Origin: Methanobacteriota archaeon
GTDB lineage: Archaea > Thermoplasmatota > Poseidoniia > Poseidoniales > Poseidoniaceae
Direction: 5' to 3'
Length of the DNA: 50,806 nt
Assembly: GCA_002715725.1 (NCBI GenBank)
Contig: PAZU01000006.1
Location: forward strand, 1 to 50,806
Below are positions 35,401 through 43,847 of this stretch, piece by piece. Positions within the stretch are counted from its first letter, which is position 1. Every line of letters starts with the position of its first letter. Position numbers and translations under genes: made by a program. The notes below the pieces were generated by a model. The model was not told the origin of the DNA and did no database searches. It saw nothing but the letters and a program-made list of their open reading frames with translations.

Positions 35401-38400
35401 ATCAAGAGCAAATATCATCCTACATTCAGTATTTGCTCCTTCACAATTGGTACCAACCAACATTGATTCAGAACCGTGGTTCATGTTAACAAATCCGCTG
35501 CCAATGTAAGAATCTCTGATGTTGGTGTGTCCTAAATCTGCGACTTCATTTCCGGTTTGGAATGTATATGTCCATGTGTGGTCATTGTTGTATGAGTGGT
35601 CTACAGGACTGCCAATAGCAAACGCTCTGCGGCTTGATGAAGGCCCAGGAATTGAACCGTTAATCGCTTGAACCCACCATGTGTAAACTTCTCCAGCGGT
35701 AAGGTCTTGACTAAATGTAAACGTGGTTCCGTTTATCTCAGTATCTTCCCATGATTTGTATTTCATTTCACCGTTAGTATCTGCAATTGTTACAACGTAA
35801 CCAGTTGCATCGGATACATTGTTCCATGTCAACTGAGGTTTGTCAAGGGATTCTAACTCCCATGTGCTTGTATTGTACAGGATATCTCCATCTCCGGGAT
35901 AGGTTAGAGTTGGTTGTCCCGGAGGGATAACTCCGTCAACATTGTCAACATAATCCAAAACAAGTTTTGGTCTGTATTGGCTGTGGAAGTTATCGTGGAA
36001 TGAATGTCCAGAACTTGGAGTTCCTACCGATTGCAGCATGATAGTTAGAGTGTCATTTCCGTTAGCAGCATTGGATTGTGCTAGTGAAGTAATGTCCCAT
36101 ATTTGCCAACCATTTGTTGGTGTTACTAACATCGTTGAACGAGTAACTTCACTCGAAGAGCAGGTTGGTGCAGTGTTCCATGTCACTGTATCTTCTGCAA
36201 ATGTATCACAAGCATGTGCACTGACAGTCAGAGAAGATGTGCCCGTTACATTGTGTCTGTAAAGCGACAATAATGCGTTTGTAGGCGTCATAGCAGTAGG
36301 GAATGGTAATTCGGATAGGTCGAAAGTTAGGTAAATCTTTGATTCTCCTGAGCCACCTGAAGAGATTCCCAAATCCAATTGTCCATTTTCGCCAAGTGCA
36401 GAATTAGCTCTATTGGAATCAATTGTAGCATCAGGAACGCCAGGCAAATCACCAGTGTCCTCAAACACTGAGCCTTGATACAAAGTTACAGTATTGTTTC
36501 CAGCGCCATCATCACTTCCAATTTCACCAGGTACTCTGAAAGAACTGACTGGAGACCATTTGCCGAGCCGATGGTCTTGGTCAGCTCTTACTCTCCAATA
36601 AAGCCAGTAATCTCCAGTAATGTTATTTTCAATTGTGTAGGCCAAGTTGGAAAGATCCCATATTCCGTCGAATGTACCGTTATCGGTGAAATCGTACAGG
36701 AAAGTCCGGTTTTCAATTGTGAAAGATGATTCTGTAGAGTATTCCATTATCCAACGTGTTTCGTTGTTTACAGATGAACTCCAGTTCATTGTAGTAATAT
36801 CTGCGCCACGAGGTCTTGAAGCAGTCTCATTCCAAATGGTCTCGCCATCTAGAGGATACAGGTTTGTTGGTTTAGATGGGAGCCACTGTGTTCCCGTTCT
36901 CCATTCTAGACTTAATTCAGGCCTTTTTGTCTCGTCAGATGTGTAGTCGCTACTAGCGAAATGCCATTCATCAGTTGTATCATTAATTATCCAGAATGCT
37001 AGATTTACTTTGTCAGTTCCATTTGCATGGGCATGTTGAACAGCGTAGGTGATATCAAAATCAACTGTGTAATCCTCATGATCCATACTTGTAATTTCGA
37101 ATGGTGTATCGCAACCTGAACTATGAGCCTGTTCAGTGTAAGCCGAATTGCCACCAGTAGGGCCGTTCCATGTTGCGCTCTCGTTCCATTCATCAAAAAT
37201 TTCGCACACTGCTATTCTTATGCTCTCCTGTCCATTCTCTCCACCGCTTAGTTTGTTTAATGTCAGTGTGGCAGAGATGAATTCATGTGATGCCGGAATA
37301 GGCATGCTTGACCAATTAACCATCACAAAGGAAACAGACCTGTAATTCAAGGAAGAAGATAGATTAGATCTACCCATCAATAGGCGCTGTGAAGATTCAT
37401 AGGCGGAATTTGTTGAACCTGAATCAATATATGTGTCCATGAAAATGGCTGGATATTCTAGGGCATCTACAATTTGTCCTTCTTGTAGAGAAATTTCTGC
37501 ATCTGTTGAATTGATGCTATTTCCAGTTGCTGCAGGAATGTGGAAGATTGTGTCTTGTCCTTTTGCTCCAAGAATGTCATCGGTAATAGGTTGAACAAAC
37601 CATTCGTATGATTCTCCAGTAGAGAGGTTGTCTGGAGATGTCCAAGCCAAATTAGTAAGATCCCATCCTTCAGAAGAATCACGACTGTCATAAACAGTCC
37701 AACCTGCTCTTTCATCGTTGTAATCTTCCCAGATGAAAATTCTCCAATCATCTACATTTGATGAGTTAGGATGGCTCCATGTGAAACTTGGTGTTGCTCC
37801 TGGTAGCAAAGCATGTGTGGAAGTGTCCCATATGATTTCATCAACTGTTGGGTTAGTATTTGTTCCAGCAACTTCAGGAGATGATGCATTTCCGCTGGAC
37901 CATGTTAGATTTAGCCATGGCCTTTCATTTGCCGTTCCATCAGTAGATGAGAAAATAGTTTGACCCTCGCCAATTGAACCCACTATCATCAGTGAAAGGT
38001 GGGTTTCACTATTTGCAAACGCATCTTGTACCAACTCAGTGACATCAAATTCCATCCAGTCAGCAGAAGCACCTTGTTGAACATCAGACATTCCACCTCG
38101 GTCGGATGTTCCCATCGCACCGGGGCTAGACCAATTGTTTACTCCGTCGTATGTTGTTCCGTTTGCACTAGTATTCCATGCAACTAGTGCAGGATGAATT
38201 GAAACTGCATTTCCTGTGTCAGAGCCGAATTGCGCATACATTTTCAGTACAGCATCGGAGATGTGTGCATTTTGCGGGTTGGGCAATTCGGTAAGTGGAA
38301 TCTTGATTAGAGCAGTCGCATTTTCACCGGCTGAACTAGTTCCGACCTTGAAAGTCGAAGACGACGATTGATCTGAAGTTGCTCCAACGCCAGAATCTGC

Positions 38401-41400
38401 AACCCACGTATCTATGAAATTAGGTAGATTTAGTGCTGGCATAGCTTGTCTGTGATGAAGTTCGACAGCAGCGGTATTAGAGTCAATACTCCAAGTGGTG
38501 ATGTCAGGAAGCAAGAAGTGGAATGGTTCTGACCAATTTCCAATTTGGTTTGTAGCACTGGTTGCTCTAACTCTCCAATACCAAGTATTGCCAGTTTCCA
38601 GTGTTGAGGTCATATCGAATGTTTGGTTGGTTATGTTGAAACCAGTATCTGTCCAACTTGTCGCCATTATCAAATCTGGAGAATTGAAAGTTGAAGTTGT
38701 ATCCATCTCGATGGACCAGCCACCAATGCTAACTCCTGCTGAAGATAAATTCCAAGATAACTGAGGCGAGGTTTCCGGTGCAGGATTTATTCCATTTTCA
38801 ACCGACCACGAGCCATTAAGTGGTGATTGAGGTACAGGTTCTGAAGGCAATGCATCGGAACCAGGAACATACACAAATGAAATCTCAGGCCTGTTAGCAG
38901 CATTCGCACTGTTTGGATAGAAGAGTGCATCTCTATCACCGCCAGAGCCGACTCCAATAATTCCCAGAATTAAATCCACAGAGCGATTTTCACGCATTGC
39001 ATTTTGTACAGCTAGAGTGATGTCCAACTCAACCCAATCCCCTGCAGAATAGGAGTTGCCCAACGATTCGGTATCCAATAGTCCTGCTCTTTCCCATCCT
39101 TTGGCTCCGCTGGTTCCCCAACTGTTTGTACCATCATAGGTTGACCATGTTGCGACTGATTCTGACCAGTTGTGTTGTCTGCTTTCCCATGCGCCCAGTG
39201 TTGGAGTTCCTGAAGGATAATCTGCTAATCTCATCTTGAGAGATGCAGTCTTTACAGCATAGCCACTTGGTAGTAGGTGGCTTGTGAGATCACAACCAAT
39301 CAAAATTGAAGTTTCAGAAGGGAAGGTATTGTATGAAACTTGCATTTCATCTTCGCCATTGTAGTTGTTACTTGCAGTACCGCTGTCGATGTAAGTATCC
39401 TCGCAACTCGGAGCATCTCCTGCGGTTGTAGCATTACCATGTGCTAGTCTCAAACGGTGCTCATCATCTTGCAAATATTCAGATTCTAATCCTGAAACTA
39501 GGAACGAAGATGTTGACCACCAAGAGTGGTGATGGGAACTAGAGTCCACTTGTGCGAGCCTCCAGTGATACATTACTCCATCTTGTAGGGAATCGTTCCC
39601 GGGCACAGACCAGTTTCCATCGGTTTCTGTGAACTCTGATGTTGTTGCAGTATTGAACGAGCGTACAATGTTTCTGTATTCTGAATCAGTAGCAACCTGC
39701 ATCAGCATGTCACCACTCCATGATATACTGCCATCCCAAGACAGTGTAGGCATTGTGTTTCCAGATAGATTGTCGCCGGAAAGATTCCACACTGGATAGC
39801 CATCCAAAGGTGAGACATGGCTAGGGCTTGCAGGCGGCCCATTACTCCCCCAATCGTAGGTGATTTCTAGGGAAGGCTGGTCACAGCCTGTAGCTTCTGT
39901 GCTGCAGAGATTGACGAACTTCGAAGAAGATTCTTCGATACCCCAGGTAGATGCAACCATCATCAATTCAATGGAATCAGATGTTGAAGTTGCGCTGGAA
40001 GATGCAGCATTATTGTCGTCGATCCACTTTTGGATTGCAGCGGTGAGGTTGACTTCAATAGTCGATGAAGATTGGTCGCCTTCGAATAGACCTACAGACA
40101 TTGATGGCATTCTTCCGCCATCATCCCAGTAGTATGTTCCATCGTACTTTCTCCAAGTTACACCTGTTTCAGTCCAGTCTTCTCCATCCATGATGTGGAA
40201 ACTGACAACTGGAGACCCACTGAATGAGAGTCGTTCTAGTGACAATATTGCAGAAACTATCGATGAGTTGTCGTGCATACCGATGTCATCGAGGTTTATT
40301 CTTAGCAATCCATATTGGTCTGTTGAAGACGATGAGCCGACAGTAATGTTTCCATCACTGCCCATGTTTGTATTCTTAGCAACGTTACTTGAATCGATAA
40401 ATGAATCTTCGATTGTTTTCTCAACCAATCCTAAATCGTCGAAACTGAATGAGAACTGGCCATAACCGTCTACAAGAGATACAGAATGGCCAGGTAGATG
40501 GAAATTACCAGTGTTCCAAGCCCCAATAGTTCCTGCGGAATCAATTGCTCTCATCCTGTAGTACATTGTGGTAGAGTTGGATAACTCATGTCCATTTGGA
40601 ACGACCATTGAACCTTCTCCAGCAGCAGTATTAATTGTGAACAAAGAAGAGTTGTCAATTGTGTTGTAATACCAAGCACTATCCGAATCAGATTTGAAGT
40701 CGATGTTGTTTGACAATTGTACCTGAGCATTGTTTCCAGACATGCTTACCCATGATAGTTCAGGATTTGTTGCCGCTTTCAGAAGGAATTCATCCTCATC
40801 CATTAATGCAGCACCATCATCGACGAAGTTAGGTGCCAGACTACCTCCATTGGAATGTGTTCCATTTTGATGGGTAATTGAGAGAGATGGTCTGCTGCTT
40901 GAATCTGTGGATTCAGACATGTGGCAAGTGTATTCGCTACCGGTAGCAGCCAAAATAATGTCAATAGAACCTCGGGAATTAATTACTGCGTCTTGAACAA
41001 TAGCGGTTACGTTGATTGTGAAAGTATTGTTTGCATATCCGTAAAATGGAGGCTCCCATGCGCCATGGTCAGAATCATCGTCTGCACCAGACAATCCCCA
41101 ATTTTGTCCATCATCTGGACTATTCCAAGTTACATTTGCTTCATCCCATGACGTTTTCAATCTAGATGAGAAAATATCGATAGTTCCAATTGTCAGAGGA
41201 TCGATACCGCAAGTCAACTCAAGTGTAGAATCGGTGACCATGTCACCGCTTGGAACCGAATTGTTGAACGAAATCAGAATACGTGATTCACCAGAAACAC
41301 CCAAGCCCAAGGTGGCGGTTTCATCACTTCCATAGTTCGAATTTGGATTCGAAGATTGGATTCCTGCATCCTTGCTAACATTGAATGAGGATGTTGTTTG

Positions 41401-41541
41401 CATGAAGGTTATTGGTTCGTCCAGTTCATTGTTTGTCCAGTTAGGGACTGCTTGTGGCAGAGCTAAATCTGCGAATAAAAACATCAAAACCAATAGCAAA
41501 GAAGTCGTAATTTTACGGCGGTCACGGCTGTTCGTCGACAT
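32485..41541 (-). CDS. Giant (3018 aa) surface protein: ~8 DNRLRE-like + Fn3-like module pairs, then Big_2-like Ig array, TM, acidic tail
   Basis: A single uninterrupted ORF with a signal peptide. Recurrent (D/E)(T/S)(Y/F)I(D/S)SG..(N)..(G) ... h.F.L..(I/L)P ... I..A.L.L modules alternate with P..P.PL(D/N)G...P.L(S/T)W...YYWR(V)RA-type modules (aa ~40-2180). Ig-like repeats span aa ~2185-2930. TM, then D8/E5 runs and the terminal NGTWWYRDPGTTEWSEWAD. Confidence 0.9.
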   Translation of the reverse strand: MSTNSRDRRKITTSLLLVLMFLFADLALPQAVPNWTNNELDEPITFMQTTSSFNVSKDAGIQSSNPNSNYGSDETATLGLGVSGESRILISFNNSVPSGDMVTDSTLELTCGIDPLTIGTIDIFSSRLKTSWDEANVTWNSPDDGQNWGLSGADDDSDHGAWEPPFYGYANNTFTINVTAIVQDAVINSRGSIDIILAATGSEYTCHMSESTDSSSRPSLSITHQNGTHSNGGSLAPNFVDDGAALMDEDEFLLKAATNPELSWVSMSGNNAQVQLSNNIDFKSDSDSAWYYNTIDNSSLFTINTAAGEGSMVVPNGHELSNSTTMYYRMRAIDSAGTIGAWNTGNFHLPGHSVSLVDGYGQFSFSFDDLGLVEKTIEDSFIDSSNVAKNTNMGSDGNITVGSSSSTDQYGLLRINLDDIGMHDNSSIVSAILSLERLSFSGSPVVSFHIMDGEDWTETGVTWRKYDGTYYWDDGGRMPSMSVGLFEGDQSSSTIEVNLTAAIQKWIDDNNAASSSATSTSDSIELMMVASTWGIEESSSKFVNLCSTEATGCDQPSLEITYDWGSNGPPASPSHVSPLDGYPVWNLSGDNLSGNTMPTLSWDGSISWSGDMLMQVATDSEYRNIVRSFNTATTSEFTETDGNWSVPGNDSLQDGVMYHWRLAQVDSSSHHHSWWSTSSFLVSGLESEYLQDDEHRLRLAHGNATTAGDAPSCEDTYIDSGTASNNYNGEDEMQVSYNTFPSETSILIGCDLTSHLLPSGYAVKTASLKMRLADYPSGTPTLGAWESRQHNWSESVATWSTYDGTNSWGTSGAKGWERAGLLDTESLGNSYSAGDWVELDITLAVQNAMRENRSVDLILGIIGVGSGGDRDALFYPNSANAANRPEISFVYVPGSDALPSEPVPQSPLNGSWSVENGINPAPETSPQLSWNLSSAGVSIGGWSIEMDTTSTFNSPDLIMATSWTDTGFNITNQTFDMTSTLETGNTWYWRVRATSATNQIGNWSEPFHFLLPDITTWSIDSNTAAVELHHRQAMPALNLPNFIDTWVADSGVGATSDQSSSSTFKVGTSSAGENATALIKIPLTELPNPQNAHISDAVLKMYAQFGSDTGNAVSIHPALVAWNTSANGTTYDGVNNWSSPGAMGTSDRGGMSDVQQGASADWMEFDVTELVQDAFANSETHLSLMIVGSIGEGQTIFSSTDGTANERPWLNLTWSSGNASSPEVAGTNTNPTVDEIIWDTSTHALLPGATPSFTWSHPNSSNVDDWRIFIWEDYNDERAGWTVYDSRDSSEGWDLTNLAWTSPDNLSTGESYEWFVQPITDDILGAKGQDTIFHIPAATGNSINSTDAEISLQEGQIVDALEYPAIFMDTYIDSGSTNSAYESSQRLLMGRSNLSSSLNYRSVSFVMVNWSSMPIPASHEFISATLTLNKLSGGENGQESIRIAVCEIFDEWNESATWNGPTGGNSAYTEQAHSSGCDTPFEITSMDHEDYTVDFDITYAVQHAHANGTDKVNLAFWIINDTTDEWHFASSDYTSDETKRPELSLEWRTGTQWLPSKPTNLYPLDGETIWNETASRPRGADITTMNWSSSVNNETRWIMEYSTESSFTIENRTFLYDFTDNGTFDGIWDLSNLAYTIENNITGDYWLYWRVRADQDHRLGKWSPVSSFRVPGEIGSDDGAGNNTVTLYQGSVFEDTGDLPGVPDATIDSNRANSALGENGQLDLGISSGGSGESKIYLTFDLSELPFPTAMTPTNALLSLYRHNVTGTSSLTVSAHACDTFAEDTVTWNTAPTCSSSEVTRSTMLVTPTNGWQIWDITSLAQSNAANGNDTLTIMLQSVGTPSSGHSFHDNFHSQYRPKLVLDYVDNVDGVIPPGQPTLTYPGDGDILYNTSTWELESLDKPQLTWNNVSDATGYVVTIADTNGEMKYKSWEDTEINGTTFTFSQDLTAGEVYTWWVQAINGSIPGPSSSRRAFAIGSPVDHSYNNDHTWTYTFQTGNEVADLGHTNIRDSYIGSGFVNMNHGSESMLVGTNCEGANTECRMIFALDNSQIPLPMAAKIHSASINLQVESAAAGTMTLSVHRLLTNAWSQAGSTWNNSEAGIPWSAGGMAAGVEYDSTPISSVTINSGTTEVWLDIGYASMQMDGDHAWIVIASTPAGSPSWVEFYSSENSLDERPKIMINYTDVHSVSISPSGSTTDADTQVQFSHILNDALGGMVAEDVVWSVSDGSINSTGMFTPQFVGTHDVTACFGVICTTESITVTPGAPMTLVVEDTSTTITADEYFTIFAHVEDQHGNEVGGELITYQVTNGSMQQVKVFAPYNSGVQTVTVGWGTQTIDVTITVVGGLPVYYETTGCEDIIHAGETCQLNWTLHDQFGNMLNLEVGGGISWTVGGGVFTESNGTFFAMTVGNYVINMTSTGGIYHEIPIQITHGEMMSLEVNASETFVTADDIVWLNTTRIDIMGNRLSVVIPHENWTISDGMITAGQPAEWHAQRRGSKTLTASYAGMESSVVVQVSEGAITGLVLVIDSVDSTGSLQEITADDEITIKVKAVDSDGNRWTENVAWTIEHNQFTDQSVLQEMTYGSTTMFVPIFASDTFYTLRATYNDANVTIEVTLDISVDNGDLVSVSLIQPVSLNQNIDADNSLQFLPQLTDSDGNIIDSSIVSYTLENLDSGETSDITSIIVGNAGVWEATAVGNWSITAWAISSSGYNISETVTISVEHGDAVTVEIGVIANTAKAGDVYDLTITGTDADGNTFLESVLWTQDNKAVPASTIEGSGGEYNWSATTAGEHSFKFRSPSGAEDTWTVTVVAHQTVNRIELTIVDDSVLQLETFNIEVRTFDAWENEIPVPPETQVKLTGRMSAELTENGKWTITTLDAEEQTVTISVHNKEVSDTIVVEGTFMGFFEAGGTLYYAGGILAILVVIVLLVVIVMVLRSGGSDYDDDDDDDDYQYEEEEEQPPAAAGPSGPPLVERGREDWMTDYRLDEEDVEWGEDENGTWWYRDPGTTEWSEWAD

Positions 41542-41586
41542 GGGGCTCGCACTACCACCGGAGGAGGGGGTATAGGTTCCTTTCGG

Positions 41587-41609
41587 CTGGCCACCCGTAG
41601 GGTGGCCGG
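41587..41609. promoter_or_regulatory. 10-bp GC-rich triloop palindrome in the divergent spacer between the giant gene and rfcS
   Basis: CTGGCCACCC-GTA-GGGTGGCCGG (one G-U). It lies 46 nt upstream of the giant ORF ATG and 65 nt upstream of the rfcS ATG. Confidence 0.3.
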
Positions 41610-41673
41610 TTCAAATGGAGACAATTTTGGCTAAAGCGAAGGTTCAAGTTCGTCCTGTTATGACTAGTGCAGT

Positions 41674-42627
41674 ATGAGCGAACTCTGGGTTGAACGCCAT
41701 CGGCCTCGGACGGTCGGAGACATCCGCGGTCAATCCTCAGTCGTTCAACGATTGGCTTCCTATGCCAATTTGGCAGACTTCCCTCATCTACTATTCGCCG
41801 GACCTCCTGGTACCGGCAAAACAACTGCTGCAATGGCTTTGACAAGGGATGTTTTCGGCCCAGAATTCAGGAATAATCTATTGGAAATGAATGCAAGCGA
41901 TGAAAGGAAGTTGGAAAGCATCAGAACTAAAGTAAAACAATTTGCTAGAACTTCACCCTATGGAGATGCAAAATTCAAAATTATTTTCCTCGACGAAGCG
42001 GATGCCTTAACTCACGATGCACAGGGTGCATTAAGGAGAATAATGGAACAATATGCGCAGACTTGTCGCTTTATTCTATCATGTAATTATTCCAGTAAAA
42101 TTATCGAACCAATTCAGAGCCGATGTGCAGTGTTTAGATTCAGACCTCTTGCCGATGCCGATGTCTTAGAACAAGTCAAATATGTTGCTAATTCGGAAAA
42201 AGTTGGACTTGATGATGAAGCAGCTGAAGCACTAGTTAGAATCTCTCAAGGCGATCTAAGGAAGGCTATTACAGCACTCCAAGTTGCTGCTGCTCTGGAA
42301 AAAAATGTGTCACGTTCTCTGATCTATGAGACGAGTGCAACCGCTCCTCCAGAATCTCTTCATCAGTATCTAATGGCGTGCCGACAAGATGGATTCCATG
42401 CAGCACGTCGTAGATTACGAGAGTTACTTGACAAGTATGGTCTAGCAGGAACAGATTTTGTTAACCAATTACATCGAGAATTGTTTGGTGCAGATTTCTT
42501 GTCTGAAATTCAGAAGTTAGAACTTACAGAACTAATGGCTGAAATCGATTTCAGATTAGTCGAAGGTGGCGGTGAAGCAATCCAATTAGATGCCTTGACT
42601 GCAAGACTGTCAAAATTACTCAGTTGA
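41674..42627 (+). CDS. rfcS: Replication factor C small subunit
   Basis: LWVERHRP, PHLLFAGPPGTGKTT (Walker A), IIFLDEADALT (DEAD-like Walker B), SCNYSSKIIEPIQSRC (SRC motif) and GDLRKAI. Confidence 0.94.
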   Translation: MSELWVERHRPRTVGDIRGQSSVVQRLASYANLADFPHLLFAGPPGTGKTTAAMALTRDVFGPEFRNNLLEMNASDERKLESIRTKVKQFARTSPYGDAKFKIIFLDEADALTHDAQGALRRIMEQYAQTCRFILSCNYSSKIIEPIQSRCAVFRFRPLADADVLEQVKYVANSEKVGLDDEAAEALVRISQGDLRKAITALQVAAALEKNVSRSLIYETSATAPPESLHQYLMACRQDGFHAARRRLRELLDKYGLAGTDFVNQLHRELFGADFLSEIQKLELTELMAEIDFRLVEGGGEAIQLDALTARLSKLLS

Positions 42628-43467
42628 ATCTTCTTCAACCAATTCATCTATGACTAGGGTCATGGTTACCGTCCTTGTATTTTCCCAAGGGTCACCATCT
42701 TCTGTAACCTTGATTACAAAGTCATAACTTCCTTCAGTCAAACCTTCAGGTACAGCGATAGCCACTGGGTAGTCAATATCTTTGTGAGAGCGAACTGAAT
42801 CTAAAGCAGAAGCATCCGAACTTTCGATATCCTGCCATGAATTATTGGCACTATCCCCGTTGAAAGTAATCGTATATTTTGCATCGGAAGCATCGAAATT
42901 ATCGGTGAATGCTAGAACTATGAAATGTGTCCCAGTATAGCCCTCAGTGAGTGTTAATTCACCCTTGGATGATTTTGTGAAATCATAACCTTCTTCGGTC
43001 GATGTAATCATTCCCCATCCATCATCAACTTCGGGAGCGACAATATCTGCGAATGGAGCATTGGTAAGTAAAAATGTCAGAGCTAGCCATGTAAAAATAT
43101 GCAAGAATGAGGCCTTGAACCAGGTTCCTTTGGTATAATGTTCAACGAATTTCTCAGGCAATATTGCACGATGAATCGAAGGTAGTAGGAAAATCGCCAT
43201 CATAGGAATAAACCAAAGCATATCTGCATTATCTTGCGCACTAGGCATTGCAACATATCTCATCAATAGAGACATAGTAGCAGCAAATGAAATCACTAGC
43301 CACATCGAAATTGTATCTGCCTTTTCCTTTGAAACATGTTTGACCGGATCGAAAGATTCGATTCCCATATCTGCACCAGAGCGATTTTTCTTTCTCTCCT
43401 TGTCACCAGTGCCACGATTTCTCCTTTCTCCGGCTGCCGCGGCCATGGCAGTACTGATGTCGACCAT
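42616..43467 (-). CDS. Hypothetical membrane protein with C-terminal extracellular beta-sandwich-like domain
   Basis: A basic N-terminal segment and three predicted TM helices are followed by a ~160-aa Thr/Asp-rich beta-type domain. The tracked ORF starts at TTG 43518; the first ATG is 43467. Its 3' end overlaps rfcS by 12 nt. No family recognised. Confidence 0.55.
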   Translation of the reverse strand: MVDISTAMAAAAGERRNRGTGDKERKKNRSGADMGIESFDPVKHVSKEKADTISMWLVISFAATMSLLMRYVAMPSAQDNADMLWFIPMMAIFLLPSIHRAILPEKFVEHYTKGTWFKASFLHIFTWLALTFLLTNAPFADIVAPEVDDGWGMITSTEEGYDFTKSSKGELTLTEGYTGTHFIVLAFTDNFDASDAKYTITFNGDSANNSWQDIESSDASALDSVRSHKDIDYPVAIAVPEGLTEGSYDFVIKVTEDGDPWENTRTVTMTLVIDELVEEDSTE

Positions 43468-43588
43468 CAGAAGTCCGGATAGTTGCCAGTGAATGAAGCC
43501 TGTGGTCGATAAATCCAATTCGAGCGACCCCTAATCTTGAGATTAGGCCGCATTATTCAAAGAGGGGTGTACGGTGGGCGGATTGCTT

Positions 43589-43717
43589 GCCGGGGTGGCG
43601 TAGTTGGTGGCGCGTCGGACTCATAGGGCAGTTCTAAGGAACTTTTTGTGACGTACCAAAGCCCCTTCACATGTCTGAGACATCCGAAGGTCGCGGGTTC
43701 AAGCCCCGCTCCCGGCA
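43589..43717 (+). tRNA. tRNA with CAT anticodon (elongator Met or Ile2), containing a 56-nt intron
   Basis: Hand-folded cloverleaf: acceptor GCCGGGG/TCCCGGC (G7-U66), D arm GCGT-AGTTGGTG-GCGC, anticodon stem TCGGA/TCCGA with loop CT-CAT-A, T arm GCGGG-TTCAAGC-CCCGC, discriminator A. G1-C72 argues against an initiator. Confidence 0.9.
43626..43681 (+). other. tRNA intron at canonical 37/38 position with bulge-helix-bulge splice motif
   Basis: The central 4-bp helix CTCA (nt 32-35 of the tRNA) pairs with TGAG (43676-43679). The flanking 3-nt bulges TA|G and AC|A each carry a splice site. The outer helix GGCA (43627-43630) pairs with TGTC (43672-43675). Confidence 0.8.
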
Positions 43718-43847
43718 CCTAACAAACTCCAGTGTTGGGTGCTAGACTTCGCGAGTTTCTAACATTAACAAAAAGCGCAGGAATTAATTTACAATTCAAA
43801 CAATGCAATATAACAGATTGAATCCAGAATAAAATAGGTGTGCTTGA

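Noticed and set aside
41552-41845. 97-aa minus-strand ORF in the giant-gene/rfcS spacer
   Set aside because: It overlaps the well-supported rfcS 5' end and the spacer palindrome. It is Arg/Pro-rich like an antisense artefact, and no motif was recognised.
43648-43678. Possible box C/D sRNA inside the tRNA intron (GTGACGT as degenerate C box, CTGA as D box)
   Set aside because: The CTGA belongs to the TGAG strand of the central BHB helix. The putative C box matches only 5/7 positions. The sequence upstream of CTGA has no complementarity to the tRNA exons.
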